Of a stretch of DNA of 64,000 bases, positions 25,546 to 33,329 are shown piece by piece. The translations under genes were made by a program, and so were the position numbers. Every line of letters starts with the position of its first letter. Within the stretch, counting starts at the first letter, position 1. This DNA is from Candidatus Poribacteria bacterium (GTDB lineage Bacteria; Poribacteria; WGA-4E; WGA-3G). Location: NCBI GenBank assembly GCA_965198235.1, contig OZ240248.1, positions 3,264,001-3,328,000 on the forward strand. Reading direction: 5' to 3'. The notes below the pieces were generated by a model. The model had not been told where the DNA came from, made no database searches, and saw nothing but the letters and a program-made list of their open reading frames with translations.

Positions 25546-27321
25546 CTAAGGAGTTGTTTGTGATCGTTGGTTGAGGGCAAGTATCGGAAAAACGGACGCA
25601 TAAATCGGATCGGCATAGCCACCGATGATCTCCCAATAAATGCCGACGCACTGTTCGGGCCATGAACCGTCTTCCCGCTGGTGTTTGAGTAGAAATGCTA
25701 CGCCCTGTTCAGCGGCGGACTTTTCTGGATTCGCAAGCAGGAGTGCATAGGTGCTCCAAGCTGTCTGTTCCACTGTGCTTTCAGTGGGATTCCCAAACAT
25801 ATCCTCACCCCATCCGCCATCCGCATTTTGGGTGTGTTCGAGCCATTCGACACCACGCTGGATTTCAGGGGTATTTCTCAGCCCCGCTTTGATGAGTGCT
25901 ATTATAGCGCAGGCGGTGCCATACGTATCTTTTGCTAACCAGAGGTCTCGCCAATACCCATCTCGATTAATTTGTTTGCGAAGCCAATGGATTCCAGCGT
26001 TCATCGCACTATGAACATTAGGTATATCAGGGATATCGCTCCGGTCAACGGCAAGCAGGGCTTCAATCGCATGTGCTGTGATGCTCACGCAACCGACATC
26101 TCCTTGACCCGGTTGATATGTGCTCCAACTTCCGTCGCGTCCTTGCTGTGTCTTTAACCATGCAATGCCGCGATGGACTGAACCATCTAATGTCTCTTGA
26201 TCGATAGGTGAACCCACAAGGAGTGAACGAATCAGGGCAAGGGTCCCGAGTGCAGTATCATCAGCGTCGCTTGGTAGGGGCGAGGTAACCTCGCCCCTAC
26301 AATCGCCTAATCCTGAAAACGCCCATCCTCCATCTTCATTTTGATGGTTGACGAGCCACTGCGCGGCATATTTTACTTTATCTGTAAGTTCATTGGTAGG
26401 AGGGAACTCCGATTCCCGACTTTTCACTTCATTGTGTGTAGCGGACACCTCTGTTAGGGCAATGATGCTCAACGCGGTGTCCCACACATTTAAGTTTAAT
26501 GCCTCTCGACATCCTCCATCACGATTTCGTGTCGTACGGAGCCAACCGATACCGTGTTCGATAAGTTCAGCGATCTCTTCATCTGCTTCCCACTTTTCCT
26601 GGAGTTCAATGAGTGCCAAAACAGAAAGGGCAGTGATGTAGTTCACTCGAAACCAACTGCCATCGCTGAGAATGTGCGTTTTCAACCATGCCGCGAGAGA
26701 GGTTATCATTTCAGGGCGTTTCGTTGTATTCAGTTCAATCATGATGAAGACAGGTACGAGTGTATGTTGTTCAGCAATGAAAAGGGCATCGAACATTGGG
26801 ATGTTGAAAAGAGCAACAGGCGGCAGACGATGTCTCGGCGGCTTCAATCGACTACCAAGTAGCGGAATCTTCGTCAGTTGTCTCGCGAGTTTCATGAGAG
26901 GTAGCGCATTTTCTGACAGCGTCAGTTCGTTCCAATCGAACTGATTGAAAGCGGCATAAGCCAATTTGACTAAGGCAAGGTGAGGTGCGGATTTCGGAAC
27001 GGATGCCAGCAGTTTTTGGAGAGACGGATCGGGTAAACGTTGATGGGTTTGCTCCAGTATTAAGTGAACAAATCGGGTCGCTTCTGTATTTGAGATATTT
27101 GCGGTATCTAATCCCCATCCGCCATCCTCGTTCTGATTTGCGATAAACCATTCGATCAGAGCCGGATCCGGGGTCTCGCCTCGGATAAGTTCAATCCACG
27201 CATACGCGCAGGTAGGGAAAGTACTTGAGGAGAGTTGTCCCTCAAAGTTTCCATCTTTACACTGTTGTTCAAGTAAAAAGGCGGTACCGCGTGCTAATGC
27301 GGATTTTACTTCCTCTTTCAT
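25546..27321 (-). CDS. Squalene-hopene cyclase-like triterpene cyclase (prenyltransferase/squalene oxidase repeats)
   Basis: QW repeats (QNEDGGWG, QNADGGWGE, QREDGSW), VWDTAL, GGWAFS...DADDTA, STVEQTAW. Confidence 0.85.
   Translation of the reverse strand: MKEEVKSALARGTAFLLEQQCKDGNFEGQLSSSTFPTCAYAWIELIRGETPDPALIEWFIANQNEDGGWGLDTANISNTEATRFVHLILEQTHQRLPDPSLQKLLASVPKSAPHLALVKLAYAAFNQFDWNELTLSENALPLMKLARQLTKIPLLGSRLKPPRHRLPPVALFNIPMFDALFIAEQHTLVPVFIMIELNTTKRPEMITSLAAWLKTHILSDGSWFRVNYITALSVLALIELQEKWEADEEIAELIEHGIGWLRTTRNRDGGCREALNLNVWDTALSIIALTEVSATHNEVKSRESEFPPTNELTDKVKYAAQWLVNHQNEDGGWAFSGLGDCRGEVTSPLPSDADDTALGTLALIRSLLVGSPIDQETLDGSVHRGIAWLKTQQGRDGSWSTYQPGQGDVGCVSITAHAIEALLAVDRSDIPDIPNVHSAMNAGIHWLRKQINRDGYWRDLWLAKDTYGTACAIIALIKAGLRNTPEIQRGVEWLEHTQNADGGWGEDMFGNPTESTVEQTAWSTYALLLANPEKSAAEQGVAFLLKHQREDGSWPEQCVGIYWEIIGGYADPIYASVFPILALNQRSQTTP
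26274..26300. repeat. Perfect GTAG palindrome inside the cyclase CDS
   Basis: GTAGGGGCGAGG-TAA-CCTCGCCCCTAC (12-bp arms), encoding part of CRGEVTSPLP. Confidence 0.8.
26396..26420 (+). repeat. GTAG REP inside the cyclase CDS
   Basis: GTAGGAGGGAACTCCGATTCCCGAC matches the reverse of intergenic 21543-21567 at 22/25; encodes SRESEFPPT. Confidence 0.7.
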
Positions 27322-27371
27322 AATTCTGTTCTTTCTGTATCGGGGCGTGGTTTTATCACTACGGCTTAGAT

Positions 27372-27977
27372 TTATGCTAATGCATTTTTCAGCTGTCCTA
27401 CTGCTTCAATGGCATCTTCAAGTTCTTTTCTGTAGATGTTCGCAAAGGTTACATGACTGAGTTCGTTTAGGATAAATTTTCGCGCCCGTTCAATCTTGTC
27501 AACAACCCTTAAATCTAAAAGGAGGCGATCAGCTTTGTCCATTTCCATTTTTATCGGCAGCCAGAAGTCTTCACTTCTCAAGTCCCTCGGATTGTCGCGA
27601 TACTTAATAGCGAGATCCTTTTTCTCACAATATTGCTTGATTGCCGCGTCAAAAGCGGTGCGAACGTAAATTGCACAGGCTTTGTAGTCATTGGTATCAA
27701 GATATTCCCTTGCCTTTTCAAGATATGCCCTATCTTCTGCATAGACCGGGATTTTATATTCATCGGTTTTGGTAAAGATGTTCTGGTAATTTTCAAATTT
27801 GATTAAGTCATCTTCGCTGGATTCAAGGAAGGACTTTAGCGCGAAATACAGCGACGATTTTCCGCTGCCGTTTTCACCGTAAACCAATAGATTTTTTCCC
27901 GTCTTCGCCAGATCAATGTGATATACTCCTCGAAAAGCTCTGAAGTTTTGGATCTCTATTTTGGTAATTCTCACCAT
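27372..27977 (-). pseudogene. Internally deleted ABC/SMC-type ATPase with HEPN-like C-terminus
   Basis: ITKIEIQNFRAF and Walker A YGENGSGKSS join within about 30 aa to a C-terminal helical domain (AIYVRTAF...RKFILNELSH). No signature or Walker B motif. Confidence 0.65.
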
Positions 27978-30900
27978 TTATCCTCAATAATACGGATAGG
28001 TCTTAAACCATCCTGAAAAAACGTGTTTACGCGCACAGGATGTTCTCTATGATGTAAGTGTTCGTAGAGGGATCGGAACACAGACATTTTATCTCCCTGA
28101 ATCTCAGCCACCTCGGGCAGTTCCTCTGCCATTAAGTGTTTGAAGATATCTTTATCCGCACTCTGGAGCAGATCTGGCATATAGAACTCGTAAACCAATC
28201 CGTTGATTATCCACTCAAAATATTTGAGTACCATGAAGTCACGGGCGTGTGCCAATTCCTTGCTGTTTGTTGTCGGTTGTTTCTGGAGATATATAAGGTA
28301 ATCCACGAGTTTGCGAACAAGGTCCTTCTGTGTTGCATTGATATCGGGGACAGGAATCTGCTTGATATAGTTACTGCGTGCTTCAAGTTTACCGCCGTCT
28401 AATTGTTTGGACACCTGCGAATAGAACCACTCCACAGGGAGTGTATTGAGTAAACTGCATAACCATTTCTCGTCGGTCGGAATAACGTAGCAGGTGTATC
28501 CACAGTAAAAACCTTCAGTCTCAACGGCGAAAGTTTGGGTGTTATAGAGATTTGGACAGACCAATTTCGGTTGCGCGAAATGCTCCACTTCCTCAAGAGA
28601 TGCTTGGAGTTCATACCATTCGTGCGTGCCAGCTCTTTTGCTCAGAAGTTCTTTGTATTTTTCCAAATATTTCAGGATTGCAGGATAAGCGTTAATCTCT
28701 ATACCGCGGTGGGTAAAGATTAACCACTGATCTTGGGACTCTACCTGCCAGCGTCTGATATCCGGCCCCTGCAAAAACGGCTTCAAAATATCAGCGGATG
28801 AAGGGTGTTCTGCCACGAGTTGATCCCGCGTCTTTCTGTCCACTACAAACACTTCAGTGGGTACTGTTTCTATGCCGAAAGAGGGGGACACCTTGAGATA
28901 CTCACCCAAGGGTGGGCCAGCGTCTCGGAACCGCTGCAGCAGATCCAACACTTCCGGCGACTCAAAGGGCTTTCCATCAGGGGTTAAAGTTTTCTCCACT
29001 ATAGGGTAGCGATGCCTGAAACCTTGTCGGACGAGTGCGACGATGTCTTTTGGCAATTTAACCTGATGTTTCTGTTCAAAGGCGGCAACGTTCCTATAAT
29101 CGTTCCGAAATGCCGCGACGATATCCTCCCCCATATTTTTCGCAGTCATTAGGTCGGCTTTGGCACTCTCCCATTTTTTCAGGCATAACAACGCTTCCCC
29201 TCGATTGTAGTAAGCCTCGGCATAATCGGGTTTGAGTGCTATTACGTTAGTATAGTCTTCAATAGCCCTGTCAAGTTCATCTTTACCATTATAAACTGTC
29301 CCTCGATTGTAATAGGCCTCGGCATAATCGGGTTTGAGTGCTATCGCTTTTGTATAGTCTTCAATAGCTCTATTAAGTTCACCTTCACCATTATAAACTG
29401 TCCCTCGATTGTAATAGGCCTCGGCATAATCGGGTTTGAGTGCTATCGCTTTTGTATAGTCTTCTATGGCAAGTTCAACTTCACCTTTAAAGTTGTAAGC
29501 AGCACCGCGGTAGTAATACGCGTCGGCATGCTCTGAATTCTGTTCTATTGCTTTATTGAGGTTTTCAATAACTAAATCGTCAAAATTTCCCGTGAAGAGA
29601 TAAGCAAGGCCACGATAGTAATATGTGCCTGCATGCTCTGGATCCAACTCGACTACCCTACTAAGATCTTCAATAGCCTTGTCAAAATCCTTTTTAGTCA
29701 GATAAGCAATCCCACGGTGATAGTAGACTTCAGCATCATCCGGTTTCAGTTCTGTCGCCTTGGTAAAGTCCCCAATCGCTTCGTCAAAATTATCTTTAAT
29801 GGCCTTAGCATGCCCGCGGTCATAGTAGACTTCAGCAAAATCTGGTTTGAGTTCAAGTGCTGTACTATAGTCCGCAATTGCCTTATCAAGTTCATCTTTA
29901 TCTGCGTAAGCACGTCCACGCCCCCAATAGGCATACGCATCGTCAGGATTGAGTTTTATCTCCATGTCAAAATCATCAATGGCATTGTCAAAATCACCTA
30001 TTCTGCTGTAAGCAAGCCCTCGACTGTGATAGTCAACCACATTTGCATCCAGTTTTATGGCCTCGGTAAAGTCATCAATCGCTTTCTCAAAATCATCTGT
30101 GTGGTAGTAAACGGCACCGCGATAGTGATAGGCTTCAGCCATATCAGGCTTCAATCTTATCAAGGTGCTGAAGTCACTGATGCACCTATCAAAATCTCCT
30201 TTGTGATAGTAGACAAGTCCACGGTTGTGGTAGGCATCAGCAAAATCGCGGTTGATCTCTATCGCCCTGTTCAAATCTGCCATAGCCTTGTCAAAATCAC
30301 CCTTCAGTCGGCAAACAAACCCACGATCGTTATATGCCTTGGCATTGTCAGGTTGTCGCTTTATTACTGCGCTAAAGTCGTTGATAGCGTTTTCAAAATC
30401 GCCTTTGTCGCGATAAGCAACACCGCGGGCATAGTAAGCATCAGTAAATTCAGGGTTGAGTTCTATCGCTATAGTAAAGTCATTAATGGCCTTGTCGGAA
30501 TCGCCTGTGACAGCGTAAGCAACTCCACGTTGGTAATATGACTGGACAAACGCTGAAGTCAGTTTTAGTGACGTGTTATGGTTTTCAATAACTCGGATTG
30601 CTTCGTCCAAGTTAGCAATCGCCGCGTCAAAATCGCCTTTACGATTGTAAATAGTACCAAGCGCGTAATAAGCGAATTCATAATCTGGACTAAGGCGAAT
30701 TGCCTCTTTCAAGTTAGCAATAGCGTTGTCCAAATCGCCTTTGGAGTAATAAGCAAGTCCGAGAGCAATATATGGTTCGGCATTATCAGGCTGCAGTCTT
30801 ATTGCATGGGTACAGTCTTCAAGAGCATTTTCAAAATCGTCCTTCATACCGAAGGCACTCCCACGAATTCTATACGCTTCGGCATTATCGGGTTGTAGTT

Positions 30901-32416
30901 TTATCGCATAGGTACAGTCTTCAATAGTTTTATCCAAATTGCCTTTCATACCGTAAGCAAGCCCACGCAAACGATATACTTCAGCCGCCTTCGGCTCCAA
31001 CTCTATCACCTTGGTATAGTCTTTAATAGCTTTGTCAAATTCTTTTCTCAGTCCATGAGCGTTACCGCGATTGTAATAGGCATTTGCCGCGTTAGGGTTC
31101 CGTTGTATTGCCTCACTAAATTTATCAATGGCTTTGGAGTACTCGCCCTGATTGAGATACACATACCCAAGATTGCAATGAGCATCAGCCAGTTTTGGTT
31201 CCAATCCTATAGCACTTTTATAATCTTTAACAGCCGCATCAATCTCACCTTTGCGGAAGTAAGCCACACCCCGTTTGACATAGGCATCAGCATAACTTGG
31301 TTTATTTTGAGTCACTGTATTATAGTCTTTAATAGCCCGATCAATTTCGCCTTTCCCATAGTAAGATAGACCGCGATTGTAGTAAGCTTCGGTAAACTCT
31401 GGTTCCAATTCTATCGTTTTGGTGAAGTCTTCAATAGCTTGGTCATATTCCTCTTTGATACCATGTGCCAACCCGCGACTGTGATAGGTTTCAACGTTGT
31501 ACGCATCTAGTTGGGTCGTGGTAGTAAAGTCCGCAATAGCTAGACTATGCTCGCCTTTTCTATCGTGAGCCAGGCCCCGATTGTAGTAGGCTATCAGGTA
31601 ACTCGGCTTCAGGTTTATCGCAGTGGTGAAATCCTCAATTGCCTCGTCCACCTTGTCATTTCCGAAGTAGGCGTTGCCGCGGTTGTTATGTGCCTTGGCA
31701 TCATCTGGATTTAGTTTTATCACTCTGGTATAGTTCTCAATTGCCTGCTCATAGTCGTCTTCACTAACGTAAGCAGCACCGAGATTGTTATAGGCTTGGG
31801 GGCTATCGGGGTTCAGTCTTATTGCTCTATCATAATCTCGGATTGCACGATCAAATTCGCCACTTTGGTCGTAAGCTAGACCGCGATTGTGATAAGCAAA
31901 GGCAAAATCTGGTTGTAAGTTTATCGCTGTGTTATAGTCAGCAATCGCGAGATCAACCTCGCCTAATCGATGACGGGCAAGTCCACGATTGTAATAAATT
32001 TCGGCAGAAGGAGGCATCCAATTTATTGCATTCGTAAAATGCTCAACAGCTCTTTGATGGTGGAAGGCTTTTTCTTTAGAATGCACCGCTTCATTTCCAC
32101 TATCTTGAGATTCTCCACCTTTTTTAAGTTCCGGGTAGACACTCCAACGACTCACCTGACTTCCAATAAAACCATGGATGTCGTGATAAATGCTTTCGGC
32201 AGATATGTCAATTTCCGGCCTTTGAAGATACTTCAATAGAGGAATCTTAAGATTTTCCGGAATGACAATGATCTCTTCCTGTCCAATGAAGTCATTAGGA
32301 ATAAAACCCTCAGGTGGTTGCACAAATATGCTTTTCTGTTTCTGGGCACGCTCGATAGGAGGTGGATCCGGAAGTTCTCTAATCCAATCCTTTATCTTTC
32401 CAGTTTTGCTTTGCAA
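27971..32416 (-). CDS. Large TPR protein (about 30 repeats) fused to a TaqI-like/Eco57I-type C-terminal target-recognition domain; C-terminal part of a frameshifted FRG-domain gene
   Basis: AY.NRG...AI.DY..AI.L.P repeats; C-terminus ILKPFLQGPDIRRW, WLIFTHRGIEINAYPAILKYL, WYELQ, PKLVCP, LCSLLNT, YIKQIPVP, INGLVYEFY. Confidence 0.85.
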   Translation of the reverse strand: MQSKTGKIKDWIRELPDPPPIERAQKQKSIFVQPPEGFIPNDFIGQEEIIVIPENLKIPLLKYLQRPEIDISAESIYHDIHGFIGSQVSRWSVYPELKKGGESQDSGNEAVHSKEKAFHHQRAVEHFTNAINWMPPSAEIYYNRGLARHRLGEVDLAIADYNTAINLQPDFAFAYHNRGLAYDQSGEFDRAIRDYDRAIRLNPDSPQAYNNLGAAYVSEDDYEQAIENYTRVIKLNPDDAKAHNNRGNAYFGNDKVDEAIEDFTTAINLKPSYLIAYYNRGLAHDRKGEHSLAIADFTTTTQLDAYNVETYHSRGLAHGIKEEYDQAIEDFTKTIELEPEFTEAYYNRGLSYYGKGEIDRAIKDYNTVTQNKPSYADAYVKRGVAYFRKGEIDAAVKDYKSAIGLEPKLADAHCNLGYVYLNQGEYSKAIDKFSEAIQRNPNAANAYYNRGNAHGLRKEFDKAIKDYTKVIELEPKAAEVYRLRGLAYGMKGNLDKTIEDCTYAIKLQPDNAEAYRIRGSAFGMKDDFENALEDCTHAIRLQPDNAEPYIALGLAYYSKGDLDNAIANLKEAIRLSPDYEFAYYALGTIYNRKGDFDAAIANLDEAIRVIENHNTSLKLTSAFVQSYYQRGVAYAVTGDSDKAINDFTIAIELNPEFTDAYYARGVAYRDKGDFENAINDFSAVIKRQPDNAKAYNDRGFVCRLKGDFDKAMADLNRAIEINRDFADAYHNRGLVYYHKGDFDRCISDFSTLIRLKPDMAEAYHYRGAVYYHTDDFEKAIDDFTEAIKLDANVVDYHSRGLAYSRIGDFDNAIDDFDMEIKLNPDDAYAYWGRGRAYADKDELDKAIADYSTALELKPDFAEVYYDRGHAKAIKDNFDEAIGDFTKATELKPDDAEVYYHRGIAYLTKKDFDKAIEDLSRVVELDPEHAGTYYYRGLAYLFTGNFDDLVIENLNKAIEQNSEHADAYYYRGAAYNFKGEVELAIEDYTKAIALKPDYAEAYYNRGTVYNGEGELNRAIEDYTKAIALKPDYAEAYYNRGTVYNGKDELDRAIEDYTNVIALKPDYAEAYYNRGEALLCLKKWESAKADLMTAKNMGEDIVAAFRNDYRNVAAFEQKHQVKLPKDIVALVRQGFRHRYPIVEKTLTPDGKPFESPEVLDLLQRFRDAGPPLGEYLKVSPSFGIETVPTEVFVVDRKTRDQLVAEHPSSADILKPFLQGPDIRRWQVESQDQWLIFTHRGIEINAYPAILKYLEKYKELLSKRAGTHEWYELQASLEEVEHFAQPKLVCPNLYNTQTFAVETEGFYCGYTCYVIPTDEKWLCSLLNTLPVEWFYSQVSKQLDGGKLEARSNYIKQIPVPDINATQKDLVRKLVDYLIYLQKQPTTNSKELAHARDFMVLKYFEWIINGLVYEFYMPDLLQSADKDIFKHLMAEELPEVAEIQGDKMSVFRSLYEHLHHREHPVRVNTFFQDGLRPIRIIEDKW
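29199..29470. repeat. Near-identical 102-bp tandem repeats (TPR units)
   Basis: CCTCGATTGTA starts at 29199, 29301 and 29403 with almost identical downstream sequence. Confidence 0.85.
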
Positions 32417-32772
32417 GATAATCCTGCCATCTCTACCGGGGAACCTTTTGAGGCGAAGAAAAGAGCGATGTAATAATCTTTTGTGAAGTCAATTAGGTTG
32501 GTTTTACCACCGAAGTGTTGAAGCTCGACGAGGATTTCAAATTCGTCTGTTTTGTTGCCGTACCTTTTGGCATCCTCCAATTCTCTTTTTTGGATTTCTT
32601 CTACATCAAGATCCAATAAGTTCAGTTTATTGAGTTCACGCCAGAGGTTCGAGGACACTTTCTTATAGCATTCTTGCTCGCCACGATAAATGTAATCCCC
32701 ATCGGCAGTTATTTTCGCGATCTTGCCGATGATTTCCAAGATTCTGTTGAGTCCTGTTTGTTGTGTGCTCAT
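32392..32772 (-). pseudogene. FRG domain N-terminus, frameshifted from the downstream TPR ORF
   Basis: YIYRGE...VSSNLWR...LQHFGGKTNLIDFTKDYYIALFFA. One extra base at the G run 32438-32441 would give SPGRDGRIILQSKTG, continuous with ORF 27971..32416. Confidence 0.8.
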
Positions 32773-32806
32773 TTTTCGCCTCCACGATGCGGTTTCCTTG
32801 AGGATA

Positions 32807-32836
32807 ATGATAACATGTAAAGGAAGCCGATGTCAA
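32807..32836 (-). promoter_or_regulatory. Sigma-70 promoter for the FRG-TPR gene
   Basis: Minus-strand TTGACA-N18-TATCAT with extended -10 TG; GGAGG RBS before ATG 32772. Confidence 0.55.
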
Positions 32837-32865
32837 GGGTGTGTCCCAGCCATTGCAGGGTGATT

Positions 32866-32992
32866 TATAGTATATCCCGTAATTACTTGGACACTCGCAA
32901 TCATAGGGTAAATTGTGAGGTTGCGTCTCACGCTGGCACAGGCTAACAGCCTATGCTACAAAGATGTTCATTTATTTTTAGGATCCACTATA
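32866..32992. mobile_element. Small MITE-like element with TATAG-terminated imperfect inverted repeats, enclosing a REP
   Basis: TATAGTATATCCCGTAATTACTTGGACA versus the reverse of TGTTCATTTATTTTTAGGATCCACTATA; internal TGGCACAGGCTAACAGCCTATGCTAC palindrome at 32934-32959. Confidence 0.45.
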
Positions 32993-33013
32993 GTTTTCCA
33001 CTGGAATACACTC

Positions 33014-33046
33014 AAAGTCCCCCTGATAAGGGGGATTTAGGGGGTT
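33014..33046 (+). repeat. Short interspersed palindromic repeat
   Basis: AAAGTCCCCCT-GATA-AGGGGGATTT-AGGGGGTT hairpin. Confidence 0.55.
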
Positions 33047-33094
33047 AAAAATGAAAAAATCTCATAGGGTAGGCTAAATTCGCGCAGAAAATAT

Positions 33095-33312
33095 TGTGCT
33101 GCCATCGGAAATTTAGACCACTCTCTAAACCAAGATTGTGCTACAATACCAATCTACTTGAAAGGCGTTTCCGATGGCCAAACGAAGAAGATTCACCTCT
33201 GAATTTAAAGCAGAAGTTGTGATTGAGACACTTAGCGGTGAAAGTTCCCAAGCTGAACTGTGTCGGAGGACCCCATAACCTCAGCGCAGACCAACTCTCA
33301 AATTGGAAACCG
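33095..33312 (+). mobile_element. IS3-family left-end relic (probable IRL plus truncated, frameshifted OrfA)
   Basis: TG-starting end TGTGCTGCCATCGGAAATTTAGACCA; from ATG 33174 MAKRRRFTSEFKAEVVIETLSGESSQAELCRR, frameshift, HNLSADQLSNWK (HTH_Tnp_1-like), then truncated. Confidence 0.75.
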
Positions 33313-33329
33313 CACCTACCGATTTCTGG

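Noticed and set aside
25538-25663. N-terminal extension of the GT2 ORF given in the ORF track
   Set aside because: It overlaps the cyclase 3' end; ATG 25537 right after the cyclase stop fits the family start better.
25546-27321. Oxidosqualene cyclase (sterol synthesis) call
   Set aside because: The catalytic motif is DADDTA, not DCTAE, and no squalene epoxidase is nearby.
29633-30541. 302-aa hydrophobic ORF antisense to the TPR gene
   Set aside because: Its periodic Ile/Val pattern simply mirrors the TPR codons on the other strand.
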